64,000 nt of DNA. Source: an uncultured Parabacteroides sp. (GTDB taxonomy: Bacteria > Bacteroidota > Bacteroidia > Bacteroidales > Tannerellaceae). Numbering within the stretch: the stretch's first letter is position 1; every line of letters starts with the position of its first letter. The position numbers and the translations under genes were made by a program. Below, piece by piece: positions 19,031 to 28,227 of the stretch. The stretch lies in assembly GCF_905196875.1 (NCBI RefSeq), contig NZ_CAJJWO010000003.1:12382-76381 (forward strand), read 5' to 3'. Under the pieces are notes generated by a model that had not been told where the DNA came from, ran no database searches, and saw only the letters and a program-made list of their open reading frames with translations.

Positions 19031-22000
19031 ATGAAGAATATCGTCAAATTTGCGGTAAGTAATCCGGTTACTATCTGTATGGTTGTACTGGCTATCCTGT
19101 TACTGGGAAAGATCTCGTACGACCAGCTGAGTGTCGACTTGCTACCCGACCTGAATAACCCCCGGCTGTTTATCGAACTGAAGGCAGGCGAACGTCCGCC
19201 GGAAGAGATCGAGAAACAGTTTGTAAAGAATATGGAGTCGATGGTGATCCGCCAAAGCGATGTTACACAGGTCTCGTCGGTGGTGAAGGCCGGTTCGGCC
19301 CGTATCACGGTAGAATATACCTGGACGAAAGATATGGATGAGGCTTTCCTTGATTTACAGAAAGCCATGAATCCGTTTTCTCAGAATAAGGATATCACCG
19401 AATTGAAGATCACGCAGCATGATCCCAACCAGTCACCTGTCATCCTGATCGGTATGTCGCATCAGAATATTACGGATATGGCGGAACTCAGGAAGGTTGC
19501 CGAAAGTTATATCCGCAACGAGCTGATCCGGCTGGAAGGTGTGGCCGAAGTAACACTGTCGGGGCAGGAGGAAAGTACATTGACCATCCGGACAGATCCC
19601 TATAAACTGGATGCTTTCGGGTTGAAGATAGAAGATATCGCTTCCCGTATCGAAGCGAATAACCAAAGTATATCCGGGGGACGTGTCAGTGAGTTGGGTT
19701 TGCAGTATCTGGTAAAGAGTTCGAGCCTGTTCGCTTCGGAGGAAGATTTTGAAAACCTGATTGTCGGTTATAAACCGATCAACAAACAGGAGACGGAGGG
19801 GGAAACGACAGGGGACAAAGCCCCTCTTTTTCTCCGTGAAGTAGCAACGGTGAAGTTTGAAAATGCCCGTCCGGATAATATTGTCCGTATCAACGGGGAA
19901 CGGAGTATCGGATTGTCCGTTTATAAAGAGATGCGTTATAATACGGTAAAGGTGGTGGACGGTGTCGCCCGTCAGCTGGGCGTTATCGAGCAGGCATTGC
20001 CCGGTTATCATTTTAAGGTGATAAGCAATCAGGGTACGTTTATCAAGAACGCGATAGGCGAAGTAAAGGATAGTGCCGTATTGGGGATCATTCTGGCGGT
20101 GGTTATCCTGTTCGTCTTTCTGCGCCGTTTCGGGACGACATTGATTGTCAGTATGGCTATTCCTATTTCGATTGTGGCAACATTCAATCTGATGTTCTTC
20201 AACGGGCTTACCCTGAATATAATGACGTTGGGAGGACTGGCGCTTGGTGCGGGAATGTTGGTGGATAATGCGATTGTAGTGATCGAAAGTATTTTCCGGA
20301 ACCAGGAGAAAGGCCTGTCTGTACGCGAAGCTGCTATCAAAGGTACGTCGGAGGTGGCGGGAGCTGTGATTGCTTCCACGTTGACTACGGTTGTAGTTTT
20401 TCTCCCGATCGTTTATCTGCATGGGGCTTCGGGCGAATTGTTTAAGGATCAGGCCTGGACAGTGACGTTCTCGTTGGTGTCTTCCCTGTTCGTGGCGATA
20501 TTGGTGATACCGATGTTATATGACCGCATTGGGAATAATAGGGCAGGCGTCCGTAGGGGCGGTTCGCGAACCGCCCGTACAGAAGGGCAGGCCATTTCAA
20601 TAAAGCAGGCTGCGGGAGGCATTCAAATGGCTGGATATAGCCATCTGCTGCGTAAGCTGATCGGTCGGCGCTGGTGGGTGATTGCCGGGGCGGTGGGCTT
20701 GCTGGTGATCACCGGTTTCCTGCTCCCGTTTATCGGGACGGAGTTTATGCCGCGTATGGAAAGCAAGGCATTTACCGTCCTGGTGAAGATGCCGGAAGGA
20801 ACCCGTCTGGAACGGACATGCTCGGCTGTAGGAAACCTGGAGGAGATGCTTTATACTATCTCGGGAGATTCATTATTGACGGTTTACAGCCATATAGGCG
20901 AAGGCAGTGGTTCCGAGAACGCTATCTTCGAAGGGGAGAACACGGCTATGATGAAGGTCATTCTTTCGTCGGAATGCAATATATCCCCGGAAGCTGTTAT
21001 CGAACAGTTCGTCCGTACGGCGGAAAATCCGGATGGCCTTGAACTGACTATCAAACAGGAAGAAAACTCCCTGAGTTCCCTGTTGGGTAGCGAAGGTGCC
21101 CCTATCGTGGTGGAAGTAAAAGGGGAGGAACTGGATGAAATAGCTGATATAACCGAAGAGGTAAAGATCCGCATGCAGGACGTAGGCGGATTATATAACA
21201 TCACATCTTCCATCGAAGACGGTGCCCCGGAAATAACTATTTCCATCAATCGCACGATGGCGGGTATCAACAACCTGAGCGTTCAGACCGTTATCGAACA
21301 ACTCAAGCAACAGCTGGGCGGTAAGGATGCCGGAAAGATGGAATACCGTGGTGAGATGCGTGATATCGTCATTAAGACGCCCGATATTCCTCTTAATGCG
21401 CTGGGTGACCTGGTGATAAAGAACGGCGAACAGGAATTCCGCCTGCGGGAGGTCGCTACCTTCGGCGAGTCGCAGGCCCCGAAAGAAATATATCGCCGTA
21501 ACCAGAACCGCATCAGTCGGGTGATGGCGAACATGGATGCCGGTAAATCGCTGGACAAAGTAGCGGAAGACATCCGTCAGGTAGTAAAAAGCATTGAACT
21601 TCCTGCCAATTATTCCATCACGGTGACAGGAGAGGAGGAGAAACGGCAGGAATCGATGAACAGCCTGTTGTTTGCCCTTGCCTTGTCTGTCATTCTGGTT
21701 TATATGGTGTTGGCATCCCAGTTCGAATCGCTATTGCATCCCTTTACGATCCTGTTGACCATTCCGTTGGCAGTGGTAGGAGCCATCCTGCTTTTCTTCT
21801 TTACCGGAACAACCATTAATATGATGGGTGTGATCGGTATCGTGATGCTGGTGGGTATCGCTGTAAACAATTCGATTATCTTGGTAGACCGTATCAACCA
21901 GTTGAAAGCCGACGGTGCCCCGCTGACCGATGCTATCGTACAGGCCGGGCAGCAACGTATCCGCCCGATCATTATGACGACGTTGACAACCATTCTGGCG

Positions 22001-22180
22001 CTGCTCCCGATGACGTTTAGCTTCGGGGAAGGTGCTTCGCTACGTTCACCGATGGCCATTGCCGTGATCGGAGGGTTGGTGACGTCCACTTTAATGAGTT
22101 TGATGGTCATTCCATGCGTTTATTATACTTTGGAGAAGATGAAAAGAGGTCAGAACCTTCTGAAAACTTCAAATGAGTAA
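19031..22180 (+). CDS. AcrB/AcrD/AcrF-family RND permease
   Basis: 1049 aa; LSVDLLPD, TM4 GMLVDNAIVVIESI, ASQFESLLHP, RIRPIIMTTLTT, AVIGGLVTST. Confidence 0.95.
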   Translation: MKNIVKFAVSNPVTICMVVLAILLLGKISYDQLSVDLLPDLNNPRLFIELKAGERPPEEIEKQFVKNMESMVIRQSDVTQVSSVVKAGSARITVEYTWTKDMDEAFLDLQKAMNPFSQNKDITELKITQHDPNQSPVILIGMSHQNITDMAELRKVAESYIRNELIRLEGVAEVTLSGQEESTLTIRTDPYKLDAFGLKIEDIASRIEANNQSISGGRVSELGLQYLVKSSSLFASEEDFENLIVGYKPINKQETEGETTGDKAPLFLREVATVKFENARPDNIVRINGERSIGLSVYKEMRYNTVKVVDGVARQLGVIEQALPGYHFKVISNQGTFIKNAIGEVKDSAVLGIILAVVILFVFLRRFGTTLIVSMAIPISIVATFNLMFFNGLTLNIMTLGGLALGAGMLVDNAIVVIESIFRNQEKGLSVREAAIKGTSEVAGAVIASTLTTVVVFLPIVYLHGASGELFKDQAWTVTFSLVSSLFVAILVIPMLYDRIGNNRAGVRRGGSRTARTEGQAISIKQAAGGIQMAGYSHLLRKLIGRRWWVIAGAVGLLVITGFLLPFIGTEFMPRMESKAFTVLVKMPEGTRLERTCSAVGNLEEMLYTISGDSLLTVYSHIGEGSGSENAIFEGENTAMMKVILSSECNISPEAVIEQFVRTAENPDGLELTIKQEENSLSSLLGSEGAPIVVEVKGEELDEIADITEEVKIRMQDVGGLYNITSSIEDGAPEITISINRTMAGINNLSVQTVIEQLKQQLGGKDAGKMEYRGEMRDIVIKTPDIPLNALGDLVIKNGEQEFRLREVATFGESQAPKEIYRRNQNRISRVMANMDAGKSLDKVAEDIRQVVKSIELPANYSITVTGEEEKRQESMNSLLFALALSVILVYMVLASQFESLLHPFTILLTIPLAVVGAILLFFFTGTTINMMGVIGIVMLVGIAVNNSIILVDRINQLKADGAPLTDAIVQAGQQRIRPIIMTTLTTILALLPMTFSFGEGASLRSPMAIAVIGGLVTSTLMSLMVIPCVYYTLEKMKRGQNLLKTSNE
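20553..20580. repeat. GTAG-type REP-like palindrome inside the RND coding sequence
   Basis: GTAG GGGCGGTTCGCGAACCGCCC GTAC, with a perfect 20-nt palindromic core at 20557-20576. Confidence 0.75.
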
Positions 22181-22330
22181 AAAAATAGGATCAGAAGGCT
22201 CTGAAAAGATTTTTCCGGTGAAAAAATAAAATCAGAAGGTTCTGAAAAGACTTTTTTGATGAAAAAATAAAATCAGAACTGTCTGAAAATATAAAAACGA
22301 AGAAAAGAGGATTTCAGAACCTTCTGAAAG
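22150..22330. repeat. Five palindromic TCAGAA-NN-(T)TCTGA motifs at exact 41-nt period
   Basis: TCAGAA begins at 22150, 22191, 22232, 22273 and 22314, each followed by NNNTCTGAAA. Confidence 0.9.
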
Positions 22331-22359
22331 TCTCCGGACATCGAAAAAATGAAAGAAGC

Positions 22360-25300
22360 ATGAACTTTTTACTACATAGAAGAATAACGATCTCGATGCT
22401 GTTTATTGCACTCTCCCTATTGGGTTATGTGTCGTATAAGCAGCTTCCGGTGGAGTTATTGCCGAATGCCGAATTGCCGATGCTCTTTGTCCAGGTTTCT
22501 TCCGGCCAGGATATGGATCCTTCGTATGTGGAATCGGAGGTGATCATCCCGTTGGAAGGCGCCATCAGTTCGATCGGTGGGGTGGATAAGATACAATCGA
22601 CGATCGACAGCCGGCAGTCTAGTATACAGGTGGATTTTAAGAACACGGTCAACTTCAAGATCACCTCCCTGCGTCTGCAGGAGAAGATCAACGAGGTGGC
22701 CGGAGCCTTTCCAGACGGTTTCACGGTGCAATTACAGAAGGTAGATGTCTCGCAGATGGCAAATAACTTTATGGTGCTTCAGGTGCGTGGCTCGGGGGGC
22801 ATCGATCGTGTGCGCAATATCGTGGACAAAGAGATCCGTTCCGACCTGGAGAATGTTGACGGAGTGGCCTCTGTCAATATCTACGGCGGAAGGGAGAAAG
22901 CCATCGAGATACGTCTCAACCCGGAGGCGTGCCGGGCATTAGACCTTACTCCTTCTAAAATAAGCAGCCTGTTGACGCAGAATACGCAGGATAAAGCTTT
23001 TGTCGGCTTTGTGGATGAACCCGACAGCAAGTATTTCATCCATGTCAATTCGCTTTATACCCAGGTGGGTGATCTCGAGAATATCGTCGTCGCCCCCGGC
23101 CCAGTACTGTTGAAAGATGTCGGAACCGTTTTCTTCGACCTGAAAGAAGAAACCTCTTTCAGTCGCGTGAATGGGAAAGATGCTGTGTCGGTTGCCCTGA
23201 TGAACGACTCGCAGGCCAATCTGATCGACTTGTCGCACCGGGCTACCGAAGCCATCGAAAAGCTGAATAAGAAACTGGAATATCTCGATGTGGAAGTGGT
23301 GGTGCAGGAGAATACGGCCGAGACGATGGAGAATAATATCAACCAGATTATCAACTTGGCGCTCGTAGGAGGACTATTGGCTGTATTGATCCTCTGGCTT
23401 TTCCTGAAGAACCTGCGGTTGGTGTTTTTTATCGCCCTCTCGATCCCGATCTCTGTCTATACGGCATTCAACTTCTTCTATGCTTTCGGGATAACCATAA
23501 ACAGCCTGACATTGGTCGGTATGGCGTTGGCTATCGGGATGCTGCTCGATAACAGCGTGGTGGTGCTTGAGAACATCTACCGCCTCTCCGCAACCGGTAT
23601 TACGCCCGAACGTTCCGTGACGCAGGGGACGCGGGAGGTTTGGCGCTCTATTGTGGCGGCAACGCTGACGACGGTAACGGTCTTTCTGCCTTTTGTCTTT
23701 TCCGATAATTTTATGATCAAGCTGATCGGGCATCATATCGGCGTTTCGATTATCTCTACGCTTACTATTTCACTGTTCGTTGCCCTGTTGTTTATCCCGA
23801 TGGCGACTTACACTTTGCTGCGGAAAAAAAACGGACGAAGCGTGTTCTACGAGAAAGTATCGATCGTACAACGTCCCGTTCAGATCTATCTGGTCTTCCT
23901 GAAAACCTGTATGCGTAATCCCGGTGTGACGATATTAGGCGCGATCATCTTTTTGTTTGTCACCCTCATTCTCTCCATTACCCTGAATGTCCAGCAGATG
24001 AAAGATGTCGACTCCGACCGTTTCAACATCTATGCTACCATGCAAACGGGCAGCACACTCGACAATACCGACAAAGTCGTAAAGGTAATGGAAGAGCGGT
24101 TAAGTGATTTTCCGGAGAAACAAGACCTGATCTGCCGTATCCGTGAGACAGATGCCGTCCTTACTTTGGTCTTAAAGGCAGACTACCGGAAGATCGGAAA
24201 ACGTCAGATAGCCGATATCAAAGCCGATGTGCAATCGAAACTGGCCAATATCCAGGGTACCGAAATATCCGTCGGCGAAGCGATGGGCGGTGGTGGAGGA
24301 GGCGGTAGTTCCGCTATGAGTGGCCTGGGTAGCTTTATGCGTCTGTTGGGTATCGGCGACAACCGTGAACGTATTGTGATAAAAGGTTCCGACTTCGACG
24401 TTATGCAACTGGTGGCTGAAGACTTCCGTTATTATCTCGATGAGCAGGAGTTTATCCGCAATTCCAATGTTTCCTACAACCGCCGTCAGCCGGAGATACG
24501 GCTCGATTTCGATCCTATCTTGCTGACCTCGTATGATATCTCCCGTGCCAATATCTCCGCCGGACTCACGGCACTCAATTCGGAGTTCTCTTCCGGCTCC
24601 TCATTCAAGATCGGGGAAGATACGTATGATATTATCATTCGTAACGATGTCCCCGAAGAGGAAACGGACGGCGAGGAATCAAAAAAGAAAGAAAAGACAG
24701 TCGACGACCTGCGTGCCGTGCAGATAGAAAATGCCGCCGGAGGATTACATAACCTCCAGGATCTGTCTTCTATTAATTATGGGCGGGGACGGTCACGTAT
24801 TATGCGTGTCAACCAGGATAAGCAGATCGAGGTGTTCTATAATTTTTCTAAGGATGTGGAATCGTCCAAAGACTTGCTGGAAGGTTATCGCTCGGATATC
24901 GACCGGTTGGTGGCAGGTTATAATCTTCCTGCCGGAGTAGCCGTAGAGGTCTTTCATGAGGAAGACGAGTTTGCCGATTTTAAGTTTCTTATTCTTGCCG
25001 CCTTTGTATTGATCTTTATGATCCTGGCCTCTGTGTTCGAATCGTTGGTGACGCCTTTTGTCCTGCTTTTCTCTATTCCGTTGGCAGCTATAGGTTCCTT
25101 ATTGGCCTTATTGTTGACAAATAACAGCCTGCTCAATGCTAATACCCTGACCGGATTCCTGATCTTGCTGGGAGTCGTGGTAAACAACGGTATTATCCTG
25201 ATCGACTACTCCAATATTCTCCGTAAGCAAGGTTTTCGCCGCAACCGGGCCCTGATGACAGCCGGTCTGTCGCGTATCCGCCCGATCCTGATTACTTCGA

Positions 25301-27072
25301 TTACTACGATCGTTGCCATGTTCCCGTTGGCAATGGGTAATTCGGAATATGCCGGAGCGATCGGGGCACCGTTTGCCATTACGGTTATAGGAGGTTTGGC
25401 TTTTTCAGCCTTACTTACATTGATTCTGATTCCGACCGTTTGTATGGGATTGGAGAACACGTTGCAATGGTATCGTGGTTTGTCTCCTAAAATATGGATA
25501 CTCCATCTTGTATTGTTTCTTCTGGGACTAGCCTGTATCTGGCTGTATGCCGATGGCATGTTGTGGCAGGCCATTTATCTGGTAATCCTTGTTTTCGGTA
25601 TTCCGGGAGTGACTTATTTTGCACAGGCCAGTTTGCGGCGGGCACGCTCGAAAGTGATCGATCCCGGGGAGGAGATACATATCTCTGTTCGTAATCTGGT
25701 GAAGATATACGATTGGCCGGGACGCATCAGTCGCCAGTGGAATAGCGGTCTGCATATCCGTGAGCATTTGGGATTGAGTAATGAATACCATTCCCTGAAG
25801 GATTTCGTGAATGTGATCTGGCAATTCGGTATGTTGCTTTTCGGTATCTATTTCACCTGGTTTTTTATCAGCAATAAGCTTTGGATATTCCTGTTGTCGT
25901 TTGCTATTTATGCGACGACCCTTTACCTGTGGCGGAAAGTCCGTGAATATCTCTACTTCCGTTTTGCGGAGAGTAAGGTTGTGAAGTATATAAACCGTAT
26001 CATCTTTTGGAGTATCCCTCCGGTAATCCTGTTCGTCTTATTCCGGAAGATGGATAACCCCAACCTGGTGGGGGTAGTCGGATTCTTGTGGGCGTTCTGT
26101 ATAGCTGTTTATATCTCTTCCCAATATCTGTATGAGAAAGAGATCAATATAGAGCGTATCAAAGGACGTTTGGCCGGCCTGCGCCGTTCCTGGTTTCGCA
26201 TGGTGAAAAGTATCCCGCTGATCGGGAAACAGCGGAAGCCGTTCAAGGCTTTGCGTGGAGTCTCTTTCGAGATCCGTACAGGAATGTTCGGTTTGCTGGG
26301 ACCTAACGGAGCCGGTAAATCCACCTTGATGCGTGTGATCTGTGGTATTCTGGAGCAGAGCTACGGAAGCATCTGGATCAATGGCCTGGATACCCGTATT
26401 TATCGTGAGGAATTGCAAAGCCTTATCGGATTCCTTCCACAGGAGTTCGGTACCTACGAGAATATGTCTTCCTGGGAATTTCTCGATTATCAGGCAATCT
26501 TAAAAGGTATTACTGATACCACGGTGAGGGAGGAACGCCTGGAATACGTCTTGAAAGCTGTCCATATGTATGAACGGAAGGACGACAAGATCGGTTCTTT
26601 CTCCGGTGGTATGAAACAGCGTATCGGTATTGCCCTTATCTTGCTCCATTTACCGCGTATCCTTGTGGTAGATGAACCAACGGCCGGGCTCGATCCGCGC
26701 GAACGTATCCGTTTCCGTAATCTGCTGGTCGAACTGAGCCGCGATCGTATCGTTATCTTCTCTACCCATATCATTGAAGATATATCCAGTTCCTGCAGTC
26801 AGGTAGTGGTGATCAATAAGGGTGATCTGAAGTATTTCGGTGACCCGATCAATATGGTGGATATGGCTGCCGGTAAGGTATGGCAGTTCCATATCGGACG
26901 TGATGAATTCGAGAAAGTACTGGATAAGACAATGGTGATACATCATATCCAGGATGGTGATACGATCCAGGTGCGCTATCTCTCCACCGTATCGCCTTAT
27001 GAAGGAGCCGTACTGGTGGAGCCGAATTTGGAAGATGCTTATCTCTGTCTATTAAAGAATATGAATAACTGA
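22360..27072 (+). CDS. RND permease fused to extra TM helices and a C-terminal ABC ATPase
   Basis: 1570 aa single ORF. RND motifs: LPVELLPN, GMLLDNSVVVLENI, ASVFESLVTP, RIRPILITSITT. Then GPNGAGKST, LPQEF, FSGGM, LVVDEP, STH. Confidence 0.92.
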   Translation: MNFLLHRRITISMLFIALSLLGYVSYKQLPVELLPNAELPMLFVQVSSGQDMDPSYVESEVIIPLEGAISSIGGVDKIQSTIDSRQSSIQVDFKNTVNFKITSLRLQEKINEVAGAFPDGFTVQLQKVDVSQMANNFMVLQVRGSGGIDRVRNIVDKEIRSDLENVDGVASVNIYGGREKAIEIRLNPEACRALDLTPSKISSLLTQNTQDKAFVGFVDEPDSKYFIHVNSLYTQVGDLENIVVAPGPVLLKDVGTVFFDLKEETSFSRVNGKDAVSVALMNDSQANLIDLSHRATEAIEKLNKKLEYLDVEVVVQENTAETMENNINQIINLALVGGLLAVLILWLFLKNLRLVFFIALSIPISVYTAFNFFYAFGITINSLTLVGMALAIGMLLDNSVVVLENIYRLSATGITPERSVTQGTREVWRSIVAATLTTVTVFLPFVFSDNFMIKLIGHHIGVSIISTLTISLFVALLFIPMATYTLLRKKNGRSVFYEKVSIVQRPVQIYLVFLKTCMRNPGVTILGAIIFLFVTLILSITLNVQQMKDVDSDRFNIYATMQTGSTLDNTDKVVKVMEERLSDFPEKQDLICRIRETDAVLTLVLKADYRKIGKRQIADIKADVQSKLANIQGTEISVGEAMGGGGGGGSSAMSGLGSFMRLLGIGDNRERIVIKGSDFDVMQLVAEDFRYYLDEQEFIRNSNVSYNRRQPEIRLDFDPILLTSYDISRANISAGLTALNSEFSSGSSFKIGEDTYDIIIRNDVPEEETDGEESKKKEKTVDDLRAVQIENAAGGLHNLQDLSSINYGRGRSRIMRVNQDKQIEVFYNFSKDVESSKDLLEGYRSDIDRLVAGYNLPAGVAVEVFHEEDEFADFKFLILAAFVLIFMILASVFESLVTPFVLLFSIPLAAIGSLLALLLTNNSLLNANTLTGFLILLGVVVNNGIILIDYSNILRKQGFRRNRALMTAGLSRIRPILITSITTIVAMFPLAMGNSEYAGAIGAPFAITVIGGLAFSALLTLILIPTVCMGLENTLQWYRGLSPKIWILHLVLFLLGLACIWLYADGMLWQAIYLVILVFGIPGVTYFAQASLRRARSKVIDPGEEIHISVRNLVKIYDWPGRISRQWNSGLHIREHLGLSNEYHSLKDFVNVIWQFGMLLFGIYFTWFFISNKLWIFLLSFAIYATTLYLWRKVREYLYFRFAESKVVKYINRIIFWSIPPVILFVLFRKMDNPNLVGVVGFLWAFCIAVYISSQYLYEKEINIERIKGRLAGLRRSWFRMVKSIPLIGKQRKPFKALRGVSFEIRTGMFGLLGPNGAGKSTLMRVICGILEQSYGSIWINGLDTRIYREELQSLIGFLPQEFGTYENMSSWEFLDYQAILKGITDTTVREERLEYVLKAVHMYERKDDKIGSFSGGMKQRIGIALILLHLPRILVVDEPTAGLDPRERIRFRNLLVELSRDRIVIFSTHIIEDISSSCSQVVVINKGDLKYFGDPINMVDMAAGKVWQFHIGRDEFEKVLDKTMVIHHIQDGDTIQVRYLSTVSPYEGAVLVEPNLEDAYLCLLKNMNN

Positions 27073-27073
27073 T

Positions 27074-27787
27074 ATGACGACGAAACAATTCATACAATTA
27101 CTACCTAAAGTAGTTAAATATAACCTGAAGATCATTTTTGCAGGGAAGTTTATCTGGTTTCTGTTGGCAGCCTTTGTCTTCTTTGCTTACTTCATGTTTC
27201 AGTCTGCCTGGAATCGGGTGGAAATCAATGAAGGTCTTATTTATAGCCTGTTGATGTTCCCTTGCGTGTTACTTGTTTTCTATCCGGCCGTTTTCGGTAT
27301 CCAGAATGATGAGGACAACCGTATATTGGAGATATTGTTCGGTATCCCTGATTATAAGTACAAGGTTTGGGGAGTACGGCTACTGATGATCTATGTGGCG
27401 ATATTCTTTATCCTTGTCGCTTTTTCCTATGTGGCGACCTTATTGCTTTATCCGGTTAATCCGTTTGAAATGTCCGTTCAGTTAATGTTCCCATTAGTCT
27501 TTTTCGGAAATCTGGCGTTTATGCTTTCTACCATCACCCGTAGTGGCAACGGCACGGCGGTACTGACAATCATCCTGGCAATCCTTCTGTTGATAACCAG
27601 TGAAATGGATATAATAGAACGCTCTTTCTGGAATATCCTACTGAACCCGTTTAAAGTTCCCGATAACTTCCTTCCGGTGATATGGGAAAGTCTGATCGTG
27701 AAGAACCGTATCTTCCTCCTGATAGGCGGTGTGGTATGGATGATGATCGGTCTGTTGAATCTGCAGAAGAGAGAGAGGTTTATATAA
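27074..27787 (+). CDS. ABC-2-like 6-TM membrane protein
   Basis: About six hydrophobic segments; DEDNRILEILFGIP..KYKVWGVRL resembles the ABC-2 coupling-helix region; starts 1 nt after the fusion gene. Confidence 0.7.
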   Translation: MTTKQFIQLLPKVVKYNLKIIFAGKFIWFLLAAFVFFAYFMFQSAWNRVEINEGLIYSLLMFPCVLLVFYPAVFGIQNDEDNRILEILFGIPDYKYKVWGVRLLMIYVAIFFILVAFSYVATLLLYPVNPFEMSVQLMFPLVFFGNLAFMLSTITRSGNGTAVLTIILAILLLITSEMDIIERSFWNILLNPFKVPDNFLPVIWESLIVKNRIFLLIGGVVWMMIGLLNLQKRERFI

Positions 27788-27792
27788 GTGAT

Positions 27793-27850
27793 ATGGGCGA
27801 AGAGAAACACAAACTATATTGTTTGCGTTTCTCTTCGCCCATTTTATTTG
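27793..27850. terminator. Strong hairpin, probable bidirectional terminator
   Basis: ATGGGCGAAGAGAAAC-A-CAAAC / GTTTG-C-GTTTCTCTTCGCCCAT followed by TTTATTT. Confidence 0.85.
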
Positions 27851-27862
27851 AGCTAGTTTATA

Positions 27863-27970
27863 CTAGCTATTCTTGTCAAACCAACGCTTACCTGCAGGTG
27901 TTTTAAAAAAGATAAAAACCCCAAGAGCAACTGCTCCTAAAAGGAGATATAAAAATAAAGCAGGACTCAT
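27863..27970 (-). CDS. 35-aa single-TM small protein (not in ORF track)
   Basis: MSPALFLYLLLGAVALGVFIFFKTPAGKRWFDKNS*; ATG lies 2 nt after the stop of the upstream 84-aa gene. Confidence 0.65.
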   Translation of the reverse strand: MSPALFLYLLLGAVALGVFIFFKTPAGKRWFDKNS

Positions 27971-27972
27971 AT

Positions 27973-28227
27973 TTATTTCTTTTTATTAGTTAATACTAAA
28001 AACCCCCAGCCTGATAAAAAAACAGCTAGACTCACAGCGATTGTTATTATCAAATATTTATCTGAATTGGGTTGTAGGGCTGTTGTAATAACAGCTCCTC
28101 CAATGATCAACTTCGATAGATCCAATAAATACCTTCCAAATTCTTTAGAGAGACTTATTTCCTCTCTCCGTATCTGTTCCTTTATGACAGGAACAGGTAC
28201 AATTCTTGTCCTTCGTTTATTCTTCAT
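27973..28227 (-). CDS. Small 2-TM protein, DUF6722-like
   Basis: KEFGRYLLDLSKLIIGGAVI motif, second TM and KKK C-terminus; own TATCTTTG -7 element at 28250-28257. Confidence 0.7.
   Translation of the reverse strand: MKNKRRTRIVPVPVIKEQIRREEISLSKEFGRYLLDLSKLIIGGAVITTALQPNSDKYLIITIAVSLAVFLSGWGFLVLTNKKK

Noticed and set aside
19433..20422. 329-aa antisense ORF (also 5170-5979, 31730-32470, 62435-63184 and other nested ORFs)
   Set aside because: Shadow frames of well-supported genes, with no recognisable motifs or expression signals.
22150..22330. CRISPR array interpretation of the 41-nt-period repeat
   Set aside because: The conserved part is only ~17 nt and degenerate, the linkers resemble each other, the period is too short, and there are no cas genes or leader in the window.
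24283..24330. Poly-Gly stretch in RND2 as a repeat element
   Set aside because: Mixed glycine codons; it looks like an ordinary flexible periplasmic loop.
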